Part shown: positions 28,514-37,524 of the stretch, one piece after another
How the letters are laid out: every line of letters begins with the position of its first letter
Numbering within the stretch: position 1 is the first letter of the stretch
Assembly: GCA_037446635.1 (NCBI GenBank)
Contig: JBBIIG010000030.1
Location: 1 to 52,588 of the forward strand
Reading direction: 5' to 3'
Source of the DNA: a bacterium
Lineage (GTDB): Bacteria; Zhuqueibacterota; Zhuqueibacteria; Oceanimicrobiales; Oceanimicrobiaceae
DNA: 52,588 nucleotides
Notes under the pieces: model-generated
What the model was told of the DNA's origin: nothing
Database searches by the model: none
What the model saw: the letters and a program-made list of their open reading frames with translations, nothing else
Made by a program: the position numbers and the translations under genes

Positions 28514-29808
28514 CAATTAATCGATCCGTTCTTTGGGAGTTCAGCGTTCGATTCCAACAGGCGTTTGATCTTGTGCGAGCGGTCGCGCGTGGTTCGCAAT
28601 TTTATCTGCACGCTCTCTTCACCATAGTCAACCTGCAAAACTTCCGCGACGTCATAAAGCCGCGAGATCACTTCCGGGCGCGCAATCTCCACGTTGAGAT
28701 CCATCTCAACAACGGCGCTGGAAATCAGGAGATCGATTTCGTTTTTCAGACCGCTCAAAAATTCGCCGTTAATGGCGGAGACGAAAACCGACGGTTGAAA
28801 TTCATTTCTCAAGCGCTCAATCAATCCCGAATTTTCAAGGCGGTCGATTTTGTTGAACACGTACATGGTGGGTTTGGCGGCAATCTCAAGTTGATTGAGC
28901 ACGTCTTTCACCACCGCCATCTGTTCTTCAAAATGGGGGTGACTGACATCCACCACGTGCAGAAGAATATCCGCGACCCGCGCTTCTTCCAACGTGCTCA
29001 TAAACGACGCCACCAGATGGTGGGGCAGCTTGCGAATAAAGCCCACGGTGTCGATGAGCAAAACATGTGAATGGCTGGAAAGCTTCAGGCGCCGCACCGT
29101 GGGATCGAGGGTGGCAAAAAGCCGATCCTCCACGAAGACCTCCGATTGCGTCAGCCCATTCAGCAGGGTGGATTTGCCGGCGTTGGTATAGCCCACCAGC
29201 GCAATTTTCAAAATCAGCTCGCGGCCCTGACGCCGCACCTCGCGCTGATGTTTGATTTTCAAAAGTTCTTTGGTCAACAATGCGATGCGCGCGCGGATCA
29301 TGCGGCGGTCCACCTCCAACTGGGTTTCACCGGGGCCGCGCGTGCCGATGCCGCCCACCTGCCGCGACAGGTGCGTCCACTGGCGGGTAAGACGCGGCAA
29401 GAGGTACTGCAGTTGCGCCAGCTCCACTTGCGTGCGCGCCTCTTTGGTTTTGGCGCGGCGCGCGAAAATGTCGAGGATCAAACCGCTGCGGTCGAGAATT
29501 TTTTTGCCCGAAAGTTTTTCGAGGTTGCGCACCTGCGCCGGGCTCAGGTCGTCATCGAAAATCAGCAAATCGGCGTTGCTATCTTGAGCGACGTTGGAAA
29601 TCATTTCCGCTTTGCCGCGCCCGATAAAATAGGCTGGGTCGATTTTATCTTTCTCTTGAATGATTTTATCAATGACGACGGCGCCGGCGGTGTCCGCCAA
29701 CAGCGCCAGCTCGTCCAAGTGTTCTTCTGCTTGCCAGCGTGCAATTCGGTTCAGCGCCAGTCCCACCAAAATGGCGCGCTCTTTATGATTCGAGTTTACT
29801 TCGTACAA
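28513..29808 (-). CDS. hflX: GTPase HflX
   Basis: IFARRAKT.EA..QVELAQL.Y.LPRL, GIGTRGPGETQLE.DRR, GYTNAGKST, LFATLDPT, DTVGFI, NKID. Confidence 0.97.
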   Translation of the reverse strand: MYEVNSNHKERAILVGLALNRIARWQAEEHLDELALLADTAGAVVIDKIIQEKDKIDPAYFIGRGKAEMISNVAQDSNADLLIFDDDLSPAQVRNLEKLSGKKILDRSGLILDIFARRAKTKEARTQVELAQLQYLLPRLTRQWTHLSRQVGGIGTRGPGETQLEVDRRMIRARIALLTKELLKIKHQREVRRQGRELILKIALVGYTNAGKSTLLNGLTQSEVFVEDRLFATLDPTVRRLKLSSHSHVLLIDTVGFIRKLPHHLVASFMSTLEEARVADILLHVVDVSHPHFEEQMAVVKDVLNQLEIAAKPTMYVFNKIDRLENSGLIERLRNEFQPSVFVSAINGEFLSGLKNEIDLLISSAVVEMDLNVEIARPEVISRLYDVAEVLQVDYGEESVQIKLRTTRDRSHKIKRLLESNAELPKNGSIN

Positions 29809-29855
29809 ACTTTGCGATACACCTCCTTTTCAAGATTCTAAGGTTCCTTCGTTTT

Positions 29856-29939
29856 CTAAAATCGCTTAACCTGTTGCTGAAGCAATGGCACTTTATTGTT
29901 TATAACATCCCAGGCAATTTCATAATCACCTCCGAAATG
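29856..29939 (-). pseudogene. C-terminal stub of a HepT/DUF86 (HEPN) toxin
   Basis: HFGGDYEIAWDVINNKVPLLQQQVKRF* resembles the DUF86 C-terminal H.YFGVD.EIVW.VI.N.IP.L motif; no start codon. Confidence 0.6.
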
Positions 29940-29952
29940 AGTCACGAAAGTT

Positions 29953-32049
29953 TTATTTTTCAACTGGGCCTTTCTCGCGAAACAACAGCATCTCCAGCAG
30001 CAGCACCATCAACGCTGCGGCCGCAAAATATTTCCACAGCTCGCGGCCAAAACGCGATTCACTGAGTTTCTGGGCGATGTTATCGCTCTCGGAGATCACA
30101 AACACCTCTTTCGTCTCCACCAATTCTTTCAAATCATCTGCTTCGGCGGCCGCCAAATCCGTCTCGGCCGGATCGAAATTCACCGCCCACTGGGTTACGA
30201 GCGTCTGCTCGCTGAACAATTTGTACACGCCCGGCAGCGCCGTTCCATTAAAACGAACCCAATATTTGCCCTGCGAAATTTCCGGTTTAATTTGAACCTG
30301 ACCGCCGTCGGGCTTTTCGATCACTAGATTTGGATTCTGAAAATGGCCCTCCGGCGAATAGCTAATTTCTTCACCTATTATAAACTCCTCATTCTGACTG
30401 TTGGTTGCGCGCGCCAGGTAGGAGACGCTGCGGTTGATGAGCGGCGCAAAGATGCCGCGAAACGCCAAATCCGACCAGTCGCTGCTGGCGCCGGAGGTGA
30501 AGTAGAGAATGCGGCCTTTCTGGTAGCCGGCCTCGAATAAAAACGGCGAGCTGTTGCTGAACTCGATAATTTTGTCGATGGCTTTTCCGGCGCCGACCTC
30601 AATGGCAAATCGAAAATGTGGCGAATCAACGTTCTTTTCATCTTCGAACACGTCTTTGAAAATGGGGTGGCTGAAATCGATTTTGCCAAAGGAGAGAAAC
30701 TGTTCATCGCCCCGGCTGGCGAACGAGTACGTGAGCGTTGGCAAATTGAGTTTGCGGTGAAGGTTTTCATTGTAGGCGCGAATATCCACATTCGGACCCA
30801 ACAGCACCATCAACCCGCCGCCGGCCGCCAAAAAATTCTGTATCGCCTGACCTTCCGAGCTTTCCAGCCGGGGAAGGTTGGAGAGAATCACCACGGCGTA
30901 GTCGTTCAAATTCTGCGCTGAAAAATCTTTGTACAAAATATTCTTGATGCGAAAGTACGTCGCCACTTCCTTTTCCGGCTGCAGCGCCAGATTCAAAAAA
31001 TAAAAATCGCCAGGCTGGCCGCCAATCATCAACGCCGAAATTTCGCCGGGGATGGTGAAGGAAAAATAGCGGCGGTTGTCGGCCAGCAAGGCATCGTCTT
31101 CTAACATCACCATGCCGGACTGCACGCCGACCCGGTCCGGCACAAAACGAAAACCCACCTTCGTTGTGGAATTAGGTTCCACATCAACCGCATTTTGGCC
31201 CACGCGTTTGCCGTTCACAAAAAGATGCACCAGCTTGTTTTTGGCCGACGCCGCTGCGGTGTTGGCAACGCTGGCTTCGAGCTCCACCACTTTGCCCTTC
31301 TCCAGAATTTGATTTCCCAATTGCAAATTGGTCAAAGCAAGGTTTGGCGCGCCGCCGTTGCTCACCGGAAGGATAAAAAAGCGAACGCCATTTGAAAGCC
31401 AGCGCGCGCCGTTGCCGTCGGCAAAAGTTGTGAATCCGTTTTTCTGCAAATCGCCGATTAAATAAACCTCTTTGTTGATGTTGGTGGAACGGCTCAGGAG
31501 ATCGTCGGCCAGCGCCAACGCGGCGAGGTAATCGGTTTTTGAAAATGACAACTCCGTTTGCTCGACGAGATCGCGCACGGAGTCGAGATTGTAGCGCGGG
31601 CCTTCGTGGGGAATCACCGGCGGCGACTGCGGATAGAGCAAATTAATTTCATCGCCGGAGCGGAGCTGATTCACTATTTCCAGCGCTTTGCGTTTTGCCA
31701 ATTCTAGCCGGGTTTGGCCCTCAGATTCAAAACCCATGCTGAGGGTATTGTCCAAAATAATCACCGCAGAAATTTGAGCGCTTGTGGCAATGGCTGCTGA
31801 CTCATGCGTACGCAGCGCCGGCCGCGAAAACGCCAGCACCAAAAATAGAATCAGCAATGCCCGCAAAATCAGCAACAGAATTTGCCGCAGTTTGAGCCGG
31901 CGAATCTGCTGCTTCTGCAGTTCCTTCAAAAATCGCAGCGTGCTGAATGGAATGCGTTTGATTTTCTGGCGGGTGAAGAGATGAATTAAAAAAGGAATCG
32001 CCACCGCGGCCAGCCCCAGCAGAATTGCAGAATTGAGGAAAGTGAACAT
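29953..32049 (-). CDS. BatA N-terminal (double-TM) + vWA domain protein
   Basis: MFTFLNS..L.GL.AVAIP.LIHL....F.ST.RFL, LLL.LR.L...L.LAFSRP, ILDNTLSM, C-terminal RELWK...L..E TM segment. Confidence 0.9.
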   Translation of the reverse strand: MFTFLNSAILLGLAAVAIPFLIHLFTRQKIKRIPFSTLRFLKELQKQQIRRLKLRQILLLILRALLILFLVLAFSRPALRTHESAAIATSAQISAVIILDNTLSMGFESEGQTRLELAKRKALEIVNQLRSGDEINLLYPQSPPVIPHEGPRYNLDSVRDLVEQTELSFSKTDYLAALALADDLLSRSTNINKEVYLIGDLQKNGFTTFADGNGARWLSNGVRFFILPVSNGGAPNLALTNLQLGNQILEKGKVVELEASVANTAAASAKNKLVHLFVNGKRVGQNAVDVEPNSTTKVGFRFVPDRVGVQSGMVMLEDDALLADNRRYFSFTIPGEISALMIGGQPGDFYFLNLALQPEKEVATYFRIKNILYKDFSAQNLNDYAVVILSNLPRLESSEGQAIQNFLAAGGGLMVLLGPNVDIRAYNENLHRKLNLPTLTYSFASRGDEQFLSFGKIDFSHPIFKDVFEDEKNVDSPHFRFAIEVGAGKAIDKIIEFSNSSPFLFEAGYQKGRILYFTSGASSDWSDLAFRGIFAPLINRSVSYLARATNSQNEEFIIGEEISYSPEGHFQNPNLVIEKPDGGQVQIKPEISQGKYWVRFNGTALPGVYKLFSEQTLVTQWAVNFDPAETDLAAAEADDLKELVETKEVFVISESDNIAQKLSESRFGRELWKYFAAAALMVLLLEMLLFREKGPVEK

Positions 32050-32054
32050 CGCGT

Positions 32055-32837
32055 TTAACCGAACATTTTGGCGAGCTTCCCGAACAGACCCTTTTTCAGC
32101 GGTTGCATGGGCAGCGGCTCCGGCGCCGTGATTGGCTCACCGGCCAATGCTTTTTGTGGATTGGTTTTGAAGAGGGTACGCGCGCGTTCCTCGCCCCAGC
32201 CCTCGGCCACGGCAAACAGGGCGTCGCGCAGCTTCATCGGCCGGCTGCTGGTGTTGTGGGCGTCGCTGCCGCAGAAGTGAATGAGGTTGCTATTCAAGAG
32301 GATCATCGCGGTGTCCCGCACCGCGCTGCCGTGGCGGCCCAAAATGCTGCCAGCGTTCATTTGCAAAAGCGCGCCGCGCTGCACAAACTCCAGCGCGCGG
32401 TGGGGGTTGCGGATGACGCTGGCGTTGCGCTCCGGGTGCGCGATGATGGGAACCATGCCATCCATGATGATGTCAAAGAAACGTTCGATGGCAAATTTGG
32501 GAATGCCCTGCATCGGGAACTCCACCAAAAAATATTTTTTGTTGTTGTTGTAGGTGGAAATTTTATGGTGCAGCTCCATGTCGGCTTGCGCGTAAATTTC
32601 CGCGCCCAAATGAATTTTCAGTTTTAGGTTCTCGTTCTTAATCCGCTCATTCAGTTCATTAAATTTTTCAACAATCTCTCCTTCTTTTTCATACGCGAGG
32701 TTGCTCAAAATATGATGGGTGATGGCAATTTCCGCGACGCCGTCTTCCTGAGCCTGATAGAGCATGGCCATGGTTTCTTCCCAGTTCTGCGGTCCGTCGT
32801 CAATTTTGGGCAGCACATGCGAATGGATGTCGATCAA
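32055..32837 (-). CDS. CpsB/CapC (PHP family) protein-tyrosine phosphatase
   Basis: MIDIHSHVLP.IDDG, LG.EI, LVEFP, PIIAHPERN, LQMNAGS..G, SDAH...RP. Confidence 0.92.
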   Translation of the reverse strand: MIDIHSHVLPKIDDGPQNWEETMAMLYQAQEDGVAEIAITHHILSNLAYEKEGEIVEKFNELNERIKNENLKLKIHLGAEIYAQADMELHHKISTYNNNKKYFLVEFPMQGIPKFAIERFFDIIMDGMVPIIAHPERNASVIRNPHRALEFVQRGALLQMNAGSILGRHGSAVRDTAMILLNSNLIHFCGSDAHNTSSRPMKLRDALFAVAEGWGEERARTLFKTNPQKALAGEPITAPEPLPMQPLKKGLFGKLAKMFG

Positions 32838-32872
32838 GTTGCCTCCGTGATGTATTACATTAGGGGTATTGC

Positions 32873-32900
32873 GTAGGGGCGTATTGCTATACGCCCCTAC
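32873..32900. repeat. GTAG-type REP palindrome
   Basis: GTAGGGGCGTAT-TGCT-ATACGCCCCTAC with perfect 12-bp arms; second copy at 48833. Confidence 0.85.
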
Positions 32901-33649
32901 GAGGTTACGCTAAAATGAATCGCCTCTGCAAATTCTTTGATCAGATGATGATTTTTTTCTTTCTCCAAAACATTGCCCGTCACCACGAACGCCGCCCCGG
33001 CCTTGACTTTGCGATGCGCCTCTTCCGGCGTGCGAATTCCGCCGCCAACTATTATCGGCAACGACACGTAATTGCGCAGACCACTGATCATTTCCTCCGG
33101 CACCGATTGCGGCGCGCCGCTGCCGGCTTCGAGATAGACCATTTGCATTCCCAAATATTGCGCCGCCAACGCCGTAGCTTTGGCGATGTCGGTTTTGTCC
33201 CGGGGAATCGCACGGGTGTTGCTCATAAACTCCGCCGACGTAACGCGTCCGGATTCAACTAACATGTAACCAACCGGAATCGGCTCGATGCCAAACGCTT
33301 TCACCAGCGGCGCGGCTTTTACCTGCTCGCCAATCAAATAGGTGGGATTGCGCCCGCTGATGAGCGAAAGAAAAAAGATCGCATCAGCGTGACGGGATAT
33401 TTGCAAAGAGCTGCCGGGGAAAATGATGACCGGACAACTCACCTGTTTTTTGATCAATCCCACCAATTTATCAAACGACGAATAGAGCAGCAGGCTGCCG
33501 CCGATGAGCACGGCATCGGCGCCGCCCTCGCTGACGGTCGCCGCAAGCTCTACGAGCTTTTCCTCCGGCCATTTGTCCGGATCAATGAGGACAAAATAGC
33601 CGGCGCCGCGGGTTTCGCGAATGCGAAGGAGTCGTTCGAAGGTGGTCAA
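32897..33649 (-). CDS. Geranylgeranylglyceryl phosphate synthase family protein (group II-like)
   Basis: LIDPDK, IGGS, FPG, FLSLISGRNP.YLIG, GYMLVE.G, YLEAGSGA, VGGGIR, VVTG. Confidence 0.93.
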   Translation of the reverse strand: MTTFERLLRIRETRGAGYFVLIDPDKWPEEKLVELAATVSEGGADAVLIGGSLLLYSSFDKLVGLIKKQVSCPVIIFPGSSLQISRHADAIFFLSLISGRNPTYLIGEQVKAAPLVKAFGIEPIPVGYMLVESGRVTSAEFMSNTRAIPRDKTDIAKATALAAQYLGMQMVYLEAGSGAPQSVPEEMISGLRNYVSLPIIVGGGIRTPEEAHRKVKAGAAFVVTGNVLEKEKNHHLIKEFAEAIHFSVTS

Positions 33650-33675
33650 GTGAACATCCCTGTCATTACTTCAAA

Positions 33676-33921
33676 TTACTCATGAGCAACGTACCGACGA
33701 GCTCGCGCTTTTGCCAGCCGCATGATGTGTTCTAACTCGAGATAATGGTCTAATTCCGATTTTTCTTCCGGAGTCAGCGCGTTGGTCTTTTCTTTATGGA
33801 TTAAATCAGCCACGCGTTTTTTTACGTTTACGGAAGGCTCATACGCGATGAGTTCATCGGGTTTGGTACCCGCGGCGATAAAATCGATCAACTCTTCGTA
33901 GGCTTTTGTAGTGGTACTCAT
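33676..33921 (-). CDS. Small antitoxin-like hypothetical protein
   Basis: AYEELIDFIAAG..P..LIAY.PS...RV.DL..KEK...LT.EE.SELD.YL.LEH.MRLAKARAR, a family commonly found upstream of HNH or toxin genes. Confidence 0.7.
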   Translation of the reverse strand: MSTTTKAYEELIDFIAAGTKPDELIAYEPSVNVKKRVADLIHKEKTNALTPEEKSELDHYLELEHIMRLAKARARRYVAHE

Positions 33922-33971
33922 AAAAAATCTTCCTTTTCGATTGAGATTTCTTGAGTAAGTTTGTCCAGCAT
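33918..33971 (-). pseudogene. 17-codon stub, probable N-terminus of the HEPN partner of the MNT gene
   Basis: MLDKLTQEISIEKEDFL*. Its ATG overlaps the MNT stop (TAATG) and its TGA overlaps the next ATG (ATGA). Confidence 0.5.
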
Positions 33972-34240
33972 TACCCATAAATCTTTACGGCGTTCTTCTC
34001 AATCAATTCTGTGAATCGCGATCGCTTCGATAAATTGACTATATCAACCGGCTTCGAAAGGTATCTCAGCAGCTTACCATAAAAATCAAAAAACAAATCC
34101 GGCGTCACGCCTCGAACGGCCAAATCAATATCATTGGCGTCCGCCGCGTTATCGAGAGAAGAGCCAAACAAATAGATCTCTTTAACCTGAAACTTCTTCG
34201 CGAAGGAAATAATGATCTCTTTGTCTTTAGGATCAATCAT
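33971..34240 (-). CDS. Minimal nucleotidyltransferase (MntA-type antitoxin)
   Basis: IYLFGSS.....NDIDLAV.G and KPVDIVNL (GS..DxD motif); 89 aa. Confidence 0.9.
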   Translation of the reverse strand: MIDPKDKEIIISFAKKFQVKEIYLFGSSLDNAADANDIDLAVRGVTPDLFFDFYGKLLRYLSKPVDIVNLSKRSRFTELIEKNAVKIYG

Positions 34241-34261
34241 CTTTTCAGCCTTTTTGCTTTT

Positions 34262-36907
34262 TTAAGAAGTCGCTACAATCTCCGTCACCTTCGCCAGCGC
34301 CTCATCCAATTTGCCGACATTCTTCCCGCCCGCCAACGCCATATGCGGCCGGCCGCCGCCGCTGCCCTCGGCAATCGCCGCCACCTTTTTCACGATGTCG
34401 CCAGCGTTTAGTTTTTTCGAGGAGATTAAATCATCCGTTACCACGCAGACAAACGAGACTTTGTCGTTGATCACCGCGCCCAACACGCCCACGCCCGATC
34501 CCAACTTCGCCCGCAGCACGTCGCTCACTTGCTTCAATTCTTCCACGTCGCCAATCTGAATTTTCGAGCTCACGACTTTGATGCCGTTCACCGGCGTCGC
34601 TCTTTCCACCAGCGCCGCGATGATTTGATTGGCGCTGTGCAGCCGCAGTTGCCGCAGCTCCTTTTCGATGCGATGCTTTTCATCCAACAGATGCTGAACG
34701 CGCTCGACGATTTCATCGCCTTTGCAATTGAGCAACTGCTGAATGTGCAGCGCGAGATTTTTCTCCTGCCGCAGCAGAAGATCGGCACGCTCGCCGGTCA
34801 CGGCCTCCAATCGCCGGATGCCCGCTGCGGCGCTGGATTCCGAAAGAATACGCAGATAGCCGATTTCGCCGGTGTGATTCAAATGCGTGCCGCCGCACAA
34901 TTCGAGACTGTAATCGCCAATCTTCACCACCCGCACGCGTTCGCCGTATTTTTCTTCGAAGATGGCCATCGCGCCCATTTCGCGGGCTTCGACATACGAC
35001 GTCTGAAATGTCTCTACCGCCAGATCGCCCCGCACCTTTTCGTTGATGCGCGCTTCGATTTCCTCCAACTGCTGCGGATCGATCTTCTGAAAATGAGTCA
35101 CATCAAACCGCAGATGATCCGGCGCCACCAGCGAGCCGGCTTGCGTCACGTGTGTCCCCAAAATTTCGCGCAGCGCTTTGTGCAGCAGATGGGTGGCGGT
35201 GTGATTGCGCGCCGTGGATTTGCGCGCCGCCGCATTCACCCGCGCTACCACTTTAGGATTTTCTATCTTACCATTCTGCTCAAATTTTCCGATGTGCACA
35301 AACGTGTTGCCCACTCGCACGGTATCGCGCACGGCAATCTTAAACCCGTCACCAACGATCTCGCCGATATCGCCTACTTGTCCGCCGGCTTCACCATAAA
35401 ACGGCGTGACGTCGAGGGTGAGAAAAACTTCGTCGCCCTTTTGATGCAGTTTGCGAATCTGCGCTTCGCTTTCGAGATCGCTGTAGCCGATGAATTGCGA
35501 ATCCGCGCCCTTGGTGAGCGCGTCCCAGTTGTCCACGTCGAAGTCGACGGCGTAACTCCATTTGCCGGCCTGCCGCGCTCGCTCGCGCTGCTGCGCCATC
35601 GCAGATTCAAAGCCTTTTTCATCGACGCTGAGATTTTGCTGGCGCGCCATGAGCTGAGTCAAATCCAGCGGGAAGCCGTAGGTGTCGTACAACTTAAAGG
35701 CTTCGGAGCCGGGGATAATCTTCTTTCCACTCTTATTCAGATCATCAACAATGCGATCAAAAATTTCGATGCCGCGATCGAGGGTGCTGTTAAAACTCTC
35801 CTCTTCGGATTTAATCACCAGCGAGACAAATTGATGTTTCTCCTGCAATTCCGGAAACGCCTCGCCCATGACATCAACGACCACCGGCACCAATTTAAAA
35901 ATAAACGGCTCGTGCATGTTGAGATTGCGGCCAAAGCGTGCGGCGCGGCGGAGAATGCGACGCAGCACGTAGCCGCGGCCCTCGTTGGAAGGCATCGCGC
36001 CGTCGGTGATGGCGAAGGCGAGCGTGCGGATGTGATCGGCGATGACGCGATGGGCCATGCCGTTATCCGCGCCGGGATATTTGATGCCCGTAATCTCATT
36101 GATGGCAGCGATGATCGGCGTAAACAAATCAGTGTCGTAATTGGAATCGACTTTGTTGATCACCGCCAGCACGCGCTCGAAGCCCATGCCGGTGTCCACA
36201 TGTTTGGACGGCAGCGGCTTCAGCGAGCCATCTTTCTCGCGATTGTACTGAATGAACACAAGATTCCACAATTCGATAAAACGCGCGCAGCCGGCGTTGA
36301 CGCCGCACTTGTGATTGGGATCGTTCTTTTTATCGCATTTGCCTTCGCCGAGATCGTAGTGGATTTCGGAACACGGGCCGCAGGGACCGGTGTCGCCCAT
36401 CTCCCAAAAATTATCTTTCTTCCCGAAGCGCAACACTCGCTCTTTTGGAATTGGAGTGACCTGCGTCCACAAGCCGGCGGCTTCTTCGTCGGGCTGCAAT
36501 TTTTCTTTTTCGTCGCCGGCAAACACCGTGGCCGAGATGCGATTGGGATCGAGTCCCCAAATTTTCGTCAGCAGTTCCCACGCCCACTCGATGGCTTCTT
36601 TTTTGAAATAATCACCGAACGACCAGTTGCCGAGCATCTCAAAAAAAGTGTGATGGTAGGTGTCGAATCCCACGTCTTCGAGATCGTTGTGCTTGCCGCT
36701 GACACGGATGCACTTCTGCGTGTTGGCGGCGCGTTTGTAGTTGCGCGTCTCCAGTCCCAGAAAAATATTTTTGAACTGGTTCATGCCGGCGTTGGTGAAC
36801 AGCAGCGTGGGATCGTCGAATGGCACCACCGGCGCGCTGCGCACGAACTCGTGGCCTTTGGATCTAAAAAAGTCGATGAATGAATTGCGCAGATCTTTGG
36901 ATTTCAT
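34262..36907 (-). CDS. alaS: Alanine--tRNA ligase
   Basis: DPTLLFTNAGMNQFK, HHTFFEMLGNWSFGDYFK, GPCGPCSEI, DTGMGFER, NHTATHLL, ELCGGTH, GGGRP. Confidence 0.99.
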   Translation of the reverse strand: MKSKDLRNSFIDFFRSKGHEFVRSAPVVPFDDPTLLFTNAGMNQFKNIFLGLETRNYKRAANTQKCIRVSGKHNDLEDVGFDTYHHTFFEMLGNWSFGDYFKKEAIEWAWELLTKIWGLDPNRISATVFAGDEKEKLQPDEEAAGLWTQVTPIPKERVLRFGKKDNFWEMGDTGPCGPCSEIHYDLGEGKCDKKNDPNHKCGVNAGCARFIELWNLVFIQYNREKDGSLKPLPSKHVDTGMGFERVLAVINKVDSNYDTDLFTPIIAAINEITGIKYPGADNGMAHRVIADHIRTLAFAITDGAMPSNEGRGYVLRRILRRAARFGRNLNMHEPFIFKLVPVVVDVMGEAFPELQEKHQFVSLVIKSEEESFNSTLDRGIEIFDRIVDDLNKSGKKIIPGSEAFKLYDTYGFPLDLTQLMARQQNLSVDEKGFESAMAQQRERARQAGKWSYAVDFDVDNWDALTKGADSQFIGYSDLESEAQIRKLHQKGDEVFLTLDVTPFYGEAGGQVGDIGEIVGDGFKIAVRDTVRVGNTFVHIGKFEQNGKIENPKVVARVNAAARKSTARNHTATHLLHKALREILGTHVTQAGSLVAPDHLRFDVTHFQKIDPQQLEEIEARINEKVRGDLAVETFQTSYVEAREMGAMAIFEEKYGERVRVVKIGDYSLELCGGTHLNHTGEIGYLRILSESSAAAGIRRLEAVTGERADLLLRQEKNLALHIQQLLNCKGDEIVERVQHLLDEKHRIEKELRQLRLHSANQIIAALVERATPVNGIKVVSSKIQIGDVEELKQVSDVLRAKLGSGVGVLGAVINDKVSFVCVVTDDLISSKKLNAGDIVKKVAAIAEGSGGGRPHMALAGGKNVGKLDEALAKVTEIVATS

Positions 36908-36910
36908 TAA

Positions 36911-36961
36911 TTACCTTCGAATTCGTTTTTTCTCATCTCGGTGTACATTGATGGCATAAAA
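36911..36961 (-). pseudogene. Degenerate third copy of the small TM peptide (C-terminal half)
   Basis: FYAINVHRDEKKRIRR*. DNA cgagatgagaaaaaacgaattcgaaggtaa resembles agagatgaaaaaagagaggctcgaaggtag at the end of 37192..37302. Confidence 0.45.
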
Positions 36962-36973
36962 TCAATGCTTCGC

Positions 36974-37078
36974 TCACTTTTCGCGTTTTTCTTCTCGATT
37001 AATTAGGAAGAGCAGAGTCGAAACGGCAATAAGGATTCCAGCTAAAACTGCGGTTACAAATATAAAACCAGCCGTCAT
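36974..37078 (-). CDS. 34-aa single-TM peptide (not in ORF track)
   Basis: GAGGTG RBS; MTAGFIFVTAVLAGILIAVSTLLFLINREEKREK*. Confidence 0.7.
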   Translation of the reverse strand: MTAGFIFVTAVLAGILIAVSTLLFLINREEKREK

Positions 37079-37191
37079 TGTTCAGCACCTCATTTTTTGA
37101 GATTCCACAATTTTGAACTACATCATCGGCGCAGTAAAGCGTAGCTCAAAGACTTCGAACGAGTAAGCTCGTGCCGTTACAAAAAGCTTTC

Positions 37192-37302
37192 CTACCTTCG
37201 AGCCTCTCTTTTTTCATCTCTGCTGGTTAATACTAGCATGACAATGGCGGCTATAGCAACTGCAAATCCCAAGGCGATAAAGATGATTAAGTTTACCGGC
37301 AT
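37192..37302 (-). CDS. 36-aa single-TM peptide (not in ORF track)
   Basis: GGAGGT RBS; MPVNLIIFIALGFAVAIAAIVMLVLTSRDEKREARR*. Confidence 0.75.
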   Translation of the reverse strand: MPVNLIIFIALGFAVAIAAIVMLVLTSRDEKREARR

Positions 37303-37317
37303 ATCAACCTCCATAGA

Positions 37318-37521
37318 TTATTTCAACGACCACAGTTTCCAACTCAAAAAGACAATCAAGAGCAGTAATACGAAATTCAATACTCCCAAAATAATGCCCG
37401 CTACCACGGAGACTTTTAGCTGGCCAATCAAAATTGGGACAAAGATGGAAACTAAAAATACCAAAAACGTTTTCTCAAGAAATCCCAACCAAAATTTATA
37501 AAACTCCCGTTTGTTTTCCAA
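37318..37521 (-). CDS. 67-aa two-TM membrane protein
   Basis: TTG start 3 nt after the recX stop; two hydrophobic helices; AT-rich. Confidence 0.7.
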   Translation of the reverse strand: MENKREFYKFWLGFLEKTFLVFLVSIFVPILIGQLKVSVVAGIILGVLNFVLLLLIVFLSWKLWSLK

Positions 37522-37524
37522 GTT

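Noticed and set aside
34529..36883. 784-aa ORF on the + strand
   Set aside because: Antisense shadow of alaS with no recognisable motifs; expected from codon bias in GC-rich genes.
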